Shown: positions 49,657-60,319, counted from the stretch's first letter. The stretch is 64,000 nt of DNA from Candidatus Saccharimonadota bacterium (GCA_028289135.1 JAQGGW010000008.1:98385-162384); one strand, 5' to 3'. The notes: generated from the letters alone by a model not told the origin. Translations and numbers: made by a program.

Positions 49657-50289
49657 CTAAAGAATTGAAGGAAGCACCCGGGTTTCGATCTCATGGCGCA
49701 ATGATTCGACAGACTTTTCAAAATCAGCCCGCTCAAATGAGTTGTTAACTATTGTAAAGTGGGCCAGGGCAATCGGCGGAGCTTTATGCAAATTGTGAAT
49801 TTCACTGAGGTCGCGGTGGGCAAGCTCTTCTTCGTTTAACGGGCGGACTTCACGGTGTTTTGCGCGTTCAACCCGTACTTTCCAGTCGGCTGCCATTGCA
49901 ACTAGCGTTAGGTTCTCCTCGCCGTATTTGTCGACCAAAATCTCACGTTCTTCTTCGCTGTAAAGGTCATCGATCAGCACAATTTCACCAGCTTCAATTG
50001 CCGCGTCAATTTCAGGGATAGAAAGTTTAGCCATTGCGCCAAGCCCGTGCTGTTCACGCAGGCTTTCGCGGATATATTTTTCTTTTTGCTGGAAAGTCCA
50101 ACCGGCTTGCTCTTCGTTCCACCCATTCTCACCGTCACGCCGTTCAACTTCGTCCACGACAATACCGCCAAAATAAGCCTTGTGCCACTTGTGCCCCATG
50201 TCGTCCAAAAGCTTCTCGGTAACTTCTCGCGAAGTCGATTTTCCGGTAAAAGGCAGGCCAACAAAGCCAATGATAATAGGGGTATTCAT
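49657..50289 (-). CDS. P-loop nucleotide kinase (dephospho-CoA kinase/UPF0200-like)
   Basis: GFVGLPFTGKST, IDDL, R..R...R lid, RD..E; start set at ATG 50289. Confidence 0.75.
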   Translation of the reverse strand: MNTPIIIGFVGLPFTGKSTSREVTEKLLDDMGHKWHKAYFGGIVVDEVERRDGENGWNEEQAGWTFQQKEKYIRESLREQHGLGAMAKLSIPEIDAAIEAGEIVLIDDLYSEEEREILVDKYGEENLTLVAMAADWKVRVERAKHREVRPLNEEELAHRDLSEIHNLHKAPPIALAHFTIVNNSFERADFEKSVESLRHEIETRVLPSIL

Positions 50290-50389
50290 ACTGCTGGCTA
50301 TATTACCATCAACAGAGGTAAAGTTCAAAGCCGCAGTCTAAACAAAAAGGCAGAATAATGCTACAATCGTATCTGTTAATTAGGAAATT

Positions 50390-51226
50390 ATGGCAGAGGT
50401 ACAACCCCAGAGTCCGTTTAACCCGCATATCTTCACCGCACAAGCAGGTGATTCTTTTCTTTATGATGGGAATAATCCAGATCATCGGCATAATCTTGAT
50501 CACATTAATTTAAATCTTGGATTTGTGGCCAGCAATAATATTTTCCCTACAGATCCTACGTATCAAAGCATGGCTAGTCTGGCAAAAGAAAACGTTGATC
50601 TTCATTATGGAGCTACTCACGACAGTCTTACCGGGATCGCAAACCGCCGCGCGCTTCAAGATTTCCTGAGTAATCCTAGTAATAAAGTAGAAGGCATGCT
50701 TTATATCGATCTAGACGGTTTTAAGGGTGTAAATGATACGCATGGCCATGACATGGGTGACGAACTGCTTAAACTGGTAGCAAGAAAACTCGAGCGTCTT
50801 ATTCGTAAGAGTGATTTCGTTGCGCGGATTGGCGGGGATGAGTTTGTCGTTGTAATTGGCTCTGGAGAAAACGACACAGCGCCTGCGGGCAAAGAGAACT
50901 TACGTGAAATAAAAACCCAAGACGAGATAGTCGATGGCGCCGAGAGCCGTTTGGTTCCAAGCGTGATAGAAGTAGTTACGCCTGCGCTAATTTCAACAGG
51001 GGTAACGGACGCCGCAATAATCCTAGAAATCGAGTCGCGTGTTAGCGCAAGTATCGGTGATGTCAGGAAAGGCCCTCTAGAAACAAACGAGCAGCTGCTT
51101 AGGCGTGCTGACGAAGCCATGTATAAGAATAAAAAAGGCCGTAAGGATGCACTGCAAGGGATTTTAACTGCAATTCCTGGAGCAGACTATGTTTCCCAGG
51201 GAAAAATTAAAAAACTCTCCGCATAG
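50390..51226 (+). CDS. GGDEF diguanylate cyclase without a recognisable sensor domain
   Basis: DSLTGIANRR, DLDGFKGVND.HGH..GD, RKSD I-site, RIGGDEF, AD.AMY. Confidence 0.92.
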   Translation: MAEVQPQSPFNPHIFTAQAGDSFLYDGNNPDHRHNLDHINLNLGFVASNNIFPTDPTYQSMASLAKENVDLHYGATHDSLTGIANRRALQDFLSNPSNKVEGMLYIDLDGFKGVNDTHGHDMGDELLKLVARKLERLIRKSDFVARIGGDEFVVVIGSGENDTAPAGKENLREIKTQDEIVDGAESRLVPSVIEVVTPALISTGVTDAAIILEIESRVSASIGDVRKGPLETNEQLLRRADEAMYKNKKGRKDALQGILTAIPGADYVSQGKIKKLSA

Positions 51227-51229
51227 TAG

Positions 51230-51900
51230 ACATATGCAAAACTCGCCATTATATTGGGTGGGGCAGGTAAATCTCCTTTGGACCGCACGACATATACAAA
51301 AGAACTTATAGATAGTAATAAGCTTGAGGTTGAATGGTCGCAATGCTTGGTAGGGACCGTCCAGTTGACCAAGCTGAGCGTGCACGAGCGGGCGAATACG
51401 CAGGTGATGCTGCAAGTGAATTTGAACTTATGATTGCTGCAGCGCAAACTGTTTTTAATGCTGAATTGCAGGCCGACGACATATACGAATTAATGGATCC
51501 AAAAATTGCCGATAATCTCCCCAGGCACGCCCGCATTGCTTATATACAAGCAACAAGCCACCATCCTGATATTTTTATACTTTCGGCACCAATGTTGACA
51601 GACCCGTTCGAAATCCGTAATGGTAAACTAGGTACTCGTAACCGTACTAATACGCGTGATACCTATAATATGCTTAGTAAAGTAGCCGGTTTTATTCCTG
51701 GGGACAAGGCAGTAGCTGTTACAAATGCTCATTTTACTCCATTCCAGGGAGCTGATGCTGCGGGACAGCTGGCAAGTTTTGGCGTTGAAACTGAAGTTGT
51801 TGGATTTGATCCTAATCACTTTGGTAACCCGGCTAAAAAGTCGAACGAATTATTACAGGAAATGTTAACGGCTGCCGAATCGTTAGCTAAAGCAGCATAA
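51230..51900 (+). pseudogene. 5'-truncated, frameshifted hypothetical gene
   Basis: Upstream frame YAKLAIILGGAGKSPLDRT...LEVE joins MVAMLGRDR... if one A is restored near 51333. Confidence 0.5.
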
Positions 51901-51941
51901 GCTTTTTACGTCTCTATCTGTTCAGCGTATACTTATAGGGA

Positions 51942-54626
51942 ATGGCTGAAGCACGGAAAAAGATTGCGATAATTGACGGAAAGTCGGTGTTTTACCGCGG
52001 CTATTATGCCATGCCTTCTTTGGCTCTGGCAGACGGCACACCGACGGGCGGGGTGTATGGCTTTGCGGCCATGAGTTTGGAGCTTATTAAGAAGTTAAAG
52101 CCCGATTATGTGGCGGTTGCTTGGGACAAGCCAAAGACCAATATTCGCAAACGGCTCGAGATGTATCCGGGCTATAAAGCAGGGCGCAAACCAGCACCGC
52201 CGGATTTTTATGCGCAGATCCCGATTTTGTATGACTTGCTGCGCGCTTTTGGCTGGCCGCTGTATGAGTTTGACGACTACGAGGCCGACGACATTATGTT
52301 TACGCTGGCCAAAAAGGCGCACAAACAGAACCTTGAAACTATGCTAATTACCTCTGATCTGGACGCTTTGCAGTGCATTGACGAACACACGCATGTTTAC
52401 ATTCTTAAAAAGGGTTTTAGCAACATTGAGCGTTTTGATACGGCGTACTTTGAAGAAAAACATGGCATTACGACAGGGCAGTTTTTGGACCTAAAGTCAT
52501 TAAAAGGCGATAGCTCAGACAACATTCCGGGCGTGCCAGGAATAGGTGAAAAAACAGCCACAGAACTGCTGCAGAAATATGAAACTTTGGACGGGATTTA
52601 TGAAAATATTGATCTGATTAAGGAAACTACGCGTAAGAAATTGGTGGCTGGCAAAGATTCGGCCTATCTTAGCAAGCGCGTAGCGCTGCTCATGGATGAC
52701 GCACCGATTGATGTTGATCTAATCGGCACTGACACGCGCTCGCTTGATGTACAAGCGCTTAAAACCTTGCTGCAAAAGCTGGAGTTTAAGAGTCTGCTGC
52801 GCAATTTGCCGGATTATATGCGGGTTGTTGACGTGGATGGTGCGCTGGAAGGCGATGCAGTGCCGGTTAAGGCCACAGAAGTTGGTGAAATCCACGAAAT
52901 AACACCTCTAAAAACCGTTATTGTTGATTCTATGGCCAAGCTAAAAGAGGTCAAAATTAATGCCGAAACTGATGGCCTTTTAGTACATTCATTGACCGCT
53001 GGAACGCACGGCCGTGACCCGCAAGTGTTAATTTTGGCTGACAAAAAAACGGCCTATGCATTTGATGTGCGAAAGCTTGATAAAAAAGTGTTTGTTGAGG
53101 CTTTAATTAAGGCTTTTGATCCTCTTCCAAACTTGATTGGTTACGATATTAAATCCACACTGCAGATATTTTTAGAGCTTAAAGTACCAATGCCAAACGT
53201 GGGCGCAGATGTGCTGATTGGCGGTTTCTTAATTGACCCGCTAAGCCGTGCCCGCAGCCTGACCGAAATGGCCGAAACTAGCCTTGGCTACAACGGCACC
53301 AGCCTAGATGAACTGCCGCCAGAAGACATGCTGTCAAAAGCAGGGGAGCTTGGCGCGATCATCTGGGCGCTCAACACATTCCAGGGTGAATCTATTAGCG
53401 AGCTGACCAAAGTAATCCAGCTTGCCGAAAAGGTGGAGTGGCCAGTAATACCGGTTTTGGCTGAAATGGAGCACGAAGGCATTGGGCTTGACTGTGACTA
53501 CCTAGACAAAATGGGTGACGAGCTCCAGGACCAAATTAGCGACCTTGAACAATCTATTTATGGGTTTGCCGACCAGGAGTTCAACATTGGGTCTCCTTCG
53601 CAGCTAGCAGAAGTGTTGTATGTCAAAATGGCACTGCCAACAACAGGGGTAAAGCGCGGAAAAACCGGATTTTCTACCGGGGCAGACGAGCTAGCCAAAT
53701 TGCGTGAACTTAGCCCCATTATCGACCTGATTTCGCAGTACCGCGAGTACACAAAGCTTAAAAATACCTATGTCGACACGCTGCCAAAACAAGTTGACGA
53801 AAATAACCGTGTTCATACCACGTTTGCGATGACAATCGCACAAACCGGGCGGCTCAGCAGCAACGACCCAAACCTGCAGAATATTCCTGTTAGAACGGAT
53901 GTTGGCAAGCGTATCCGCACAGCTTTTGTGGCTCGTCCAGGCCATGTATTTGTCAGCGGGGACTACAGCCAATTTGAGCTCCGTCTGGCTGCCGCAATGA
54001 GCGGCGATACCGACATGATCGAGGCTTTTAATAGCGACCAAGACATCCACCAGCTAACCTCTGCGGCAGTATTGGGTATTGCCCCAGAAGAAGTTACCAA
54101 AGAAATGCGCTACAAAGCCAAAGCCGTAAACTTTGGGATTTTGTACGGCCAGGGCCCGCACGGATTAGCTCAAACCAGCGGCATGAGCTATGGGGAAGCA
54201 CGTGATTTTATTACCAAATACTTTGAGGTGCGTCCAAAACTTAAAGAATACCTAGATGGCTTACGTGAAAAAGCCAAAACAAAGGGCTTTGTCGAGACAC
54301 TGCTGGGCCGCAGGCGCCCAACACCCGACGCGCAGAGCACCAACCACATGGTGCGCGAAACGGCGCTGAGGCAGGCCGTAAACATGCCAATCCAAGGCAC
54401 TGCCGCCGACCTAACCAAGCTAGCAATGGTTGAAGTGAATAAACTCCTGCCAAATGGTGCCAAAATGCTGCTGCAGATTCATGACAGCATCATGGTTGAG
54501 TGTAAAAGTAGTGACGCGGAACAGATTGGCAAAATGCTTAAAGAAACTATGGAGAACATTTATCCAGAACTTGGTGTTAAGCTTAAGGCAGATATTTCTC
54601 AGGGTAAGAACTGGGGTGAGTTGTAG
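51942..54626 (+). CDS. polA: DNA polymerase I
   Basis: 5'-3' exonuclease (EADD, GDSSDNIPG) and polymerase motifs (DYSQFELR, AKAVNFG, QGTAAD, QIHD). Confidence 0.98.
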   Translation: MAEARKKIAIIDGKSVFYRGYYAMPSLALADGTPTGGVYGFAAMSLELIKKLKPDYVAVAWDKPKTNIRKRLEMYPGYKAGRKPAPPDFYAQIPILYDLLRAFGWPLYEFDDYEADDIMFTLAKKAHKQNLETMLITSDLDALQCIDEHTHVYILKKGFSNIERFDTAYFEEKHGITTGQFLDLKSLKGDSSDNIPGVPGIGEKTATELLQKYETLDGIYENIDLIKETTRKKLVAGKDSAYLSKRVALLMDDAPIDVDLIGTDTRSLDVQALKTLLQKLEFKSLLRNLPDYMRVVDVDGALEGDAVPVKATEVGEIHEITPLKTVIVDSMAKLKEVKINAETDGLLVHSLTAGTHGRDPQVLILADKKTAYAFDVRKLDKKVFVEALIKAFDPLPNLIGYDIKSTLQIFLELKVPMPNVGADVLIGGFLIDPLSRARSLTEMAETSLGYNGTSLDELPPEDMLSKAGELGAIIWALNTFQGESISELTKVIQLAEKVEWPVIPVLAEMEHEGIGLDCDYLDKMGDELQDQISDLEQSIYGFADQEFNIGSPSQLAEVLYVKMALPTTGVKRGKTGFSTGADELAKLRELSPIIDLISQYREYTKLKNTYVDTLPKQVDENNRVHTTFAMTIAQTGRLSSNDPNLQNIPVRTDVGKRIRTAFVARPGHVFVSGDYSQFELRLAAAMSGDTDMIEAFNSDQDIHQLTSAAVLGIAPEEVTKEMRYKAKAVNFGILYGQGPHGLAQTSGMSYGEARDFITKYFEVRPKLKEYLDGLREKAKTKGFVETLLGRRRPTPDAQSTNHMVRETALRQAVNMPIQGTAADLTKLAMVEVNKLLPNGAKMLLQIHDSIMVECKSSDAEQIGKMLKETMENIYPELGVKLKADISQGKNWGEL

Positions 54627-54671
54627 TATTGTTAGGTTAAGAACGCATATTAAGTTTAAGAAAGGGATAAA

Positions 54672-55436
54672 ATGGAAGATTCAAAAGCGGGAATGATGTG
54701 GCTATCAGGTAAAAAATGGTACTTCTTAGTCCCCGCTATAATCGCGCTGTTCTTTATATTTTGTTTTAGAGTTGTTGGCGTTGGCCAGGTTGGTATTATT
54801 ACCCGTTTTGGCAACATTGCCCGCGAAGCCCAAAGCGGTGTTGTTATCAAAGCTCCGTGGCCAATCGAGCACTTGGTTAAGATGGATATCCGTACACAGA
54901 AAGAACAGCAAGATGCGGCCGCCGCGACGCACGACCTTCAAAACGTCACCACAACCGTTGCCCTAAACTATAACCTGACCGGCAAAACGGCTTTTGATGT
55001 TTACCGCAACATCGGTACGGACTACAAAACTGTCATTATCGACCCAACGCTGCAAAACTCCGTAAAAGCAATAACAAGCCAATACGACGCTGCCGATCTC
55101 ATTGCAAAACGAACTGAAGTCGCACAAAAGCTGACTGATCTTTTAACCTCAAAGTTGCTTGACCGGGGCATTACAGTGACAACTGTTAACATCGTTAATT
55201 TTGGCTTTAGCCAAGAGTTTAACGCCAGTATTGAAGCAAAGCAAATTGCCCAGCAAAACGCCCAAAAAGCAGAGTATGATCTGCAAAAGGCCAACTTAGA
55301 CGCCCAGTCTAACCAGGTTCAGAATGCGGCATTATCCGATGCGATTTTGGAGCAGCAAGCCATAAACAAATGGGACGGCAAAATGCCCAACTACCTAGGC
55401 AGCGGTTCGGTATTTAATATCCCTTTAACTAAGTAA
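54672..55436 (+). CDS. Prohibitin/SPFH domain protein
   Basis: TM, DLQ.V, F..SIEAKQIAQQ, KWDG.MP. Confidence 0.9.
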   Translation: MEDSKAGMMWLSGKKWYFLVPAIIALFFIFCFRVVGVGQVGIITRFGNIAREAQSGVVIKAPWPIEHLVKMDIRTQKEQQDAAAATHDLQNVTTTVALNYNLTGKTAFDVYRNIGTDYKTVIIDPTLQNSVKAITSQYDAADLIAKRTEVAQKLTDLLTSKLLDRGITVTTVNIVNFGFSQEFNASIEAKQIAQQNAQKAEYDLQKANLDAQSNQVQNAALSDAILEQQAINKWDGKMPNYLGSGSVFNIPLTK

Positions 55437-55449
55437 CTCTACATAGCCC

Positions 55450-55992
55450 GTGAAGCAACTTGGTGTTATTTCGATTGCTTTTATTTGGGCAGGGCTTTTG
55501 TTTTTGATTCGAAAGTGGAAGGGCAATGTCTCAATGACTTTTAGCCAGCACGCAGCCCAGTATAAATCATCACAGATTTATTACTTTGGATTATTCGTAA
55601 CAGCAATTCCAGTTTTCTCTCTGTTTTTATATAACTGGTTTATCCCTACGTTTAAAATGCCAGCAGTTTTTGGAATTCTGGCGGCTATTTCTATGGCCAT
55701 GATGATTGCCGCAATGATTGTCCCGGAGTTAGAAGGCAAGAAAACACAAATTCACCGTGCTGTTGCTTTCATAACTTTTATTTGTTTCATGCCGTTAGCT
55801 TTATTACTCGCACTTTCTGGAAATATCTCACCCATTGCAAGAGTATTTGCTGGCTTGGTAGCGGCCTACGAACTATTTGGCATGGCCTATCTTGCCCCAA
55901 AAAAAGGCTACCATCAAAAAGCTTTATGGTTTCAGATCTCTTTTATCGGATCGTTTCACCTGACAATAATCGCAGCAACATACCTTAGATAA
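55450..55992 (+). CDS. Hypothetical multi-pass membrane protein
   Basis: About six hydrophobic segments. Confidence 0.7.
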   Translation: MKQLGVISIAFIWAGLLFLIRKWKGNVSMTFSQHAAQYKSSQIYYFGLFVTAIPVFSLFLYNWFIPTFKMPAVFGILAAISMAMMIAAMIVPELEGKKTQIHRAVAFITFICFMPLALLLALSGNISPIARVFAGLVAAYELFGMAYLAPKKGYHQKALWFQISFIGSFHLTIIAATYLR

Positions 55993-55993
55993 A

Positions 55994-56410
55994 CTAAGCT
56001 TGGTCGATGTTGACCATCCAGTGCATGCCAAATTTGTCGGTGAGCATGCCGAATGTCGCGCCCCATGGCTTGGTGCTGAGCGGGTCGCCAACTTTGCCAC
56101 CTTCCGCGAGGCCGTCAAAAAACTTGGTTAGTGTTTCTTCGTCTTCTTTTGCGCCTGAAAGGGAAAGGGTAACGTTTTCGCCGTCTTGCTTAACACCGCC
56201 CATTGGTAGGCTGTCGCTAATAAAAAGCTGGGTGCCGGCAAACTTAAAGTCGCAGTGCATGACAAGATTGTGTGAAGGGTCGTTCTCTGGCGTACCGAAC
56301 TCGCCGAACTTGCTAATCTTAGCCTCGCCGCCAAAAATACTCTTATAAAAATCGATCGCCTCCGTGGCGTTATCCACGAAGTGAACGTAGGGAACTAATG
56401 AAATTGCCAT
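55994..56410 (-). CDS. VOC/PhnB family protein
   Basis: PY.HF..NA.EAI.FY..IFG, VMH, WG..FG.LTDKFG..W. Confidence 0.9.
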   Translation of the reverse strand: MAISLVPYVHFVDNATEAIDFYKSIFGGEAKISKFGEFGTPENDPSHNLVMHCDFKFAGTQLFISDSLPMGGVKQDGENVTLSLSGAKEDEETLTKFFDGLAEGGKVGDPLSTKPWGATFGMLTDKFGMHWMVNIDQA

Positions 56411-56460
56411 ATAAAACTCCTTATTTACTAATTCAATTATACATCTGTTAAGGTAATAAT

Positions 56461-57027
56461 ATGATTAAAGCCATAATTTTTGACTGTTTTGGCGTTGTTT
56501 TGGTTGATGCTTTTGACGCGGCCTACGAGAAGTTTGGCGGGGACGTGGCAAAAGACCATGATTTTATTGTGCAGACGTTTTATGAGTCGCACACCGGCGG
56601 AGCGTTTTCGGGTGATGTTTTAGCAAAACATTTAGGCATTGACCCTAAAGAGTGGAAAGAGACGATTAACGAAGGCAGCACGCTTAACCAAAATGTTTTG
56701 GATTATGTAGGTGAGCTGCGCACAAAATACAAAACAGGTATGCTGTCGAATGTTGGGGGAGGTAGGTTGCCGGAAATGTTTGAGCCAGGGGTTTTGGAAA
56801 AATACTTTGATGCAGTTGTTGGTTCGGGCGACATTGGCTATGCCAAACCAGAGCCAGAAGCTTACGAAATTACCGCCGATTTGCTTGGCGTACGTCTAGA
56901 CGAATGCGTATTTATCGACGACAGGCAGCATTATGTTGACGGCGCTAAAGCCGTTGGCATGCAGGGGATTTTATATACATCTTTAAGCCAGTTAAAAAGT
57001 GATTTAGAAGTGTTATTAAAGAAGTAA
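56461..57027 (+). CDS. HAD-IA phosphatase
   Basis: IIFDCFGV, LSN, KPEP, FIDD. Confidence 0.88.
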   Translation: MIKAIIFDCFGVVLVDAFDAAYEKFGGDVAKDHDFIVQTFYESHTGGAFSGDVLAKHLGIDPKEWKETINEGSTLNQNVLDYVGELRTKYKTGMLSNVGGGRLPEMFEPGVLEKYFDAVVGSGDIGYAKPEPEAYEITADLLGVRLDECVFIDDRQHYVDGAKAVGMQGILYTSLSQLKSDLEVLLKK

Positions 57028-57062
57028 AATGATATCCTTAAGACATTCTAAGGAGACTGTAA

Positions 57063-57614
57063 TTGACTAAATTTATTTTTGTACGGCACGGCGAAAGCGA
57101 AGCAAACCGTGACTTTAAGCTTGGCGCGCTTGACACAAAGCTGACTCAAAAAGGCATTGAACAGGCACACCAAACGGGTAAAGAACTTAAGGGCAAAGGC
57201 ATTAAAATTATTGCGTGCTCCACATTTGTCCGCGCCCAGCAAACTGCCGAAATTATCGCCGGCGAACTTGGAATTCCAGTTGATAAAATTAAGGTTATCT
57301 ATGACCTTGCTGAGCGGCGCATGGGTAAATACGAAGGCAAAACAAAAGAGCACCCAACCGAGTGGTATTATTCACCAGAGGCAGAAAATCCGGAATTTGA
57401 GCCGCGCGCAGATCTTTTGAAACGTATGCATAAAACTTTGAATGAAATTGAAGAACTTAGCAAGGGTGGAATGGTGCTAGTTGTCGGCCATGCTCTGTCG
57501 GGGCTTTATTTGGAGGAAGCGTCCAAAGGAATTATGAGAGTTGAAAATTTGCCGCCAGGATCGATGATGGCAAATGCGTCATTTATGGAAATTGAGATCA
57601 AAAATGGAAAATAA
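57063..57614 (+). CDS. Histidine phosphatase family protein
   Basis: VRHGESEAN, RAQQTA, ERRMG, VVGH. Confidence 0.9.
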   Translation: MTKFIFVRHGESEANRDFKLGALDTKLTQKGIEQAHQTGKELKGKGIKIIACSTFVRAQQTAEIIAGELGIPVDKIKVIYDLAERRMGKYEGKTKEHPTEWYYSPEAENPEFEPRADLLKRMHKTLNEIEELSKGGMVLVVGHALSGLYLEEASKGIMRVENLPPGSMMANASFMEIEIKNGK

Positions 57615-58212
57615 CGAAACTCTCGACACCTACAACCGCTCGGCCAGGGAGCTGGCAAAGTTTTATGCTCGGGCCGGGTCGCGCGTGAGCCATATTGAAC
57701 AAGCTTTAGAACTAGCTGGCAAAAACGACGGCAGCGGCAGGGCATTGGAGCTTGGCTGCGGCGACGGCCGTGACGCAATCGACATCATTAAGCGCACCGA
57801 AACCTACACGGGCATTGATTATTCGACTGGCCTTATTGGCCTTGCAAAGGCATTTTTGCCAACCGCCGATTTTCGCGTAGTAGACATGCAAAACTTTGAT
57901 TATCCTGCGCACGCCTACGATGTTATTTTCGCCTTTGATTCAATTTTGCACCTGGACAAAGAAAGCGTAAAACAGCTGTTTTCGGACGCGGCTCGCTCGC
58001 TTAAAGTAGGCGGTGTTTTCTATATTTCCACCAAATATGCCCGAGGCTACAGAAAAGAATGGAAAGAAGACAAACACGGCAAACGCTTGTTTTTTTACTA
58101 CCCTCCAAAAATGCTGGCCGATCTCTCAAAAGACCACTACGAAGTCGTAACAAGCGAAGTCAAGAAAATCCGTAACAAACTCTGGATAGAAATAGCCCTT
58201 AGGCGAAAATAA
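57604..58212 (+). CDS. Class I SAM-dependent methyltransferase
   Basis: LELGCGDGRD, GIDYS, LKVGG; start set at ATG 57604. Confidence 0.88.
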   Translation: MENNETLDTYNRSARELAKFYARAGSRVSHIEQALELAGKNDGSGRALELGCGDGRDAIDIIKRTETYTGIDYSTGLIGLAKAFLPTADFRVVDMQNFDYPAHAYDVIFAFDSILHLDKESVKQLFSDAARSLKVGGVFYISTKYARGYRKEWKEDKHGKRLFFYYPPKMLADLSKDHYEVVTSEVKKIRNKLWIEIALRRK

Positions 58213-58236
58213 ATTATTAGATGGTATCCTAAATAT

Positions 58237-58644
58237 ATGGATGAAATGAAGAAGTTTTATGTTGGGGTGAAGGGCATAATTGTAGATGCCGAAAAAGGGG
58301 CGCTTTTGCTGCGGCATAACAATGGTTTTTGGAATACGCCTGGCGGACGGATTAACGGCGACGAAAGCATTGATCAGACACTTATAAGGGAACTCAACGA
58401 AGAGCTACCAGGTATCCAGAATATAGAAAAAGGTAAGCTCCTGGATGCATGCCGGATACACAAAGATATTGTTCCTGACACAAGCTTGGTGCTTGTCTAT
58501 TTTTTGGTTACTGCCAAGCTGCCAGAACCGCTTAAAATTAGCGACGAACACGTAAGCTTTTTGTGGGTAAAAACCCGGGCTGATATCCCAGAAGATCTAG
58601 AAGAGCAAGTGGTTAAGATATTTAAAGATATTTTGCCCGCATGA
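58237..58644 (+). CDS. NUDIX hydrolase
   Basis: PGG.....E.....L.REL.EE box. Confidence 0.88.
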   Translation: MDEMKKFYVGVKGIIVDAEKGALLLRHNNGFWNTPGGRINGDESIDQTLIRELNEELPGIQNIEKGKLLDACRIHKDIVPDTSLVLVYFLVTAKLPEPLKISDEHVSFLWVKTRADIPEDLEEQVVKIFKDILPA

Positions 58645-59231
58645 TTAAAGCCATAATTTTTGACTGTTTTGGAGTGCTGGCAGAGGACGGTTGGACGCCT
58701 TTTAAGCGCAAACACATTTTGCATGATCCAAAACTGGTTGAAGAGGTCGCCCGGCTTGGCGCCTTAACCGACAGGGGCATACTCTCGTATGATGAGACAG
58801 TGGGGGCGATTGCTAAGCTTTTGAATGTTAGCGTAGCAGAGCTTCGTGAGGCGGTCGACAGAAAAGTCCCGCACGAAGATATGTTTGAGCTGATTTTAAA
58901 CGAGTTAAAACCGCATTATAAAATTGGGCTGCTGAGCAACGCAAACTACGATGTTATTAACGAACTTTTTGCGGCCGAACAAGCGGCATTATTTGATGCC
59001 CACGTTCTTTCTTTTGAGACAAAACTCTTAAAGCCTGACCGCGCAATGTTTGAGCTTATGGCCAAGCGGCTTAAAGTCGAAATGAACGAATGTTTGTTTG
59101 TGGACGACCAGGCAAAGCACTGCCACGCGGCACGCACATACGGTATGGAAGCATTTCATTTTATAGATTACGACGACTTTTTAGAAAAACTGCCCCGCCG
59201 GCTTTCGGGCATGCAGCCATCCTCACGTTAA
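58641..59231 (+). CDS. HAD-IA phosphatase
   Basis: IIFDCFGV, LSN, KPD, FVDD. Confidence 0.88.
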   Translation: MIKAIIFDCFGVLAEDGWTPFKRKHILHDPKLVEEVARLGALTDRGILSYDETVGAIAKLLNVSVAELREAVDRKVPHEDMFELILNELKPHYKIGLLSNANYDVINELFAAEQAALFDAHVLSFETKLLKPDRAMFELMAKRLKVEMNECLFVDDQAKHCHAARTYGMEAFHFIDYDDFLEKLPRRLSGMQPSSR

Positions 59232-59246
59232 GTTATAATGTAGCGT

Positions 59247-60059
59247 ATGAGTATACCCACAACAGATCTTGGAAACGGTTTATCAATCCCAAACGTCGGC
59301 TTTGGACTATGGAAAAACAAAGACGAAGCCGAGTGCATCGCCTCCGTTGAGATGGCCTTAAAAGCAGGATATACGCATTTTGACACGGCCCAGGCCTATG
59401 ATAATGAGCAATTTTTGGCTGCTGGGCTAAAAAAAGCCGGCGTGGACAGAAAAGACGTGTTTATTACGACCAAAATTAAGGTCGAAAACTTCTTGCGCGT
59501 TGAAAAAAGCTTCGCTAAATCACTTGAAAATTTGGATACCGACTATGTAGACCTACTGCTGCTTCATTTCCCGGTTACCGTACTCCGCCACAACGCCTGG
59601 AAAAAGGTTGAGGCGATTCATAAGGCAGGGCAAGCCAAAAGTATTGGCGTTAGCAACTACATGATCCGCCACCTTGAACATTTGCTTAAAGACTGCGAGA
59701 TTAAGCCAGCCGTTAACCAGGTTGAGTTACACGTGTTTTTACAGCAGCCAGAGCTCGTTAAATATTGCCAGGATAACGGCATTGTAGTGGAGGCATATTC
59801 ACCGTTGGCACACGGAAAGGGGTTGGATGACCCGGTTTTGGCCGAAATTGGCAAAAAGCACGGCAAGACTTCTACGCAAATTATGCTGCGCTGGTGCATT
59901 GAAGTCGGCACTATTCCGCTTCCAAAAAGCACACACGAAGACAGAATCCAGCAAAATATCGACATTTTTGACTTTGAACTAGACGAAGAGGATATGGCAA
60001 AGATCAAAGGCATCGAGCGTAATTTGCGCACCTGCTGGGATCCTACACATATCATCTAA
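59247..60059 (+). CDS. Aldo/keto reductase
   Basis: DTAQAY, TK, DLLLLH, IGVSNY, NQVE, AYSPL, PKS. Confidence 0.94.
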   Translation: MSIPTTDLGNGLSIPNVGFGLWKNKDEAECIASVEMALKAGYTHFDTAQAYDNEQFLAAGLKKAGVDRKDVFITTKIKVENFLRVEKSFAKSLENLDTDYVDLLLLHFPVTVLRHNAWKKVEAIHKAGQAKSIGVSNYMIRHLEHLLKDCEIKPAVNQVELHVFLQQPELVKYCQDNGIVVEAYSPLAHGKGLDDPVLAEIGKKHGKTSTQIMLRWCIEVGTIPLPKSTHEDRIQQNIDIFDFELDEEDMAKIKGIERNLRTCWDPTHII

Positions 60060-60082
60060 GCCGCTTAGAGCACTAAGGTGAT

Positions 60083-60319
60083 CTAGCCAATCCGAATAAC
60101 TAGGCGCTTTTCAGTTTTAAGCTGTTTGGCGAGCTTGTATAGGTGAGGCCGCAAAGATCCGGCAAGGGCGGCCGAGCGGGTTGTAATAACAATCATGCGC
60201 TCTTGGACGGCAACGCCCACTTCTACGTTAAAGTGGCGCTGTACGTACTCTTTAATCTCGGTAACTTCGGGCGGCAACCCAAAATCTTTGTTCCCCATAA
60301 TGTCTGACAAGCTCTGCAT
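60083..60319 (-). CDS. Small hypothetical protein, possibly DciA/DUF721-like
   Basis: MQSLSDIM start, IVITTRSAALA..L, C-terminal LVIRIG. Confidence 0.5.
   Translation of the reverse strand: MQSLSDIMGNKDFGLPPEVTEIKEYVQRHFNVEVGVAVQERMIVITTRSAALAGSLRPHLYKLAKQLKTEKRLVIRIG

Noticed and set aside
51224..51229. TAGTAG readthrough or alternative genetic code fusing GGDEF with the downstream frame
   Set aside because: TAG, TAA and TGA all end ordinary genes in this window, and the downstream frame also needs a frameshift.
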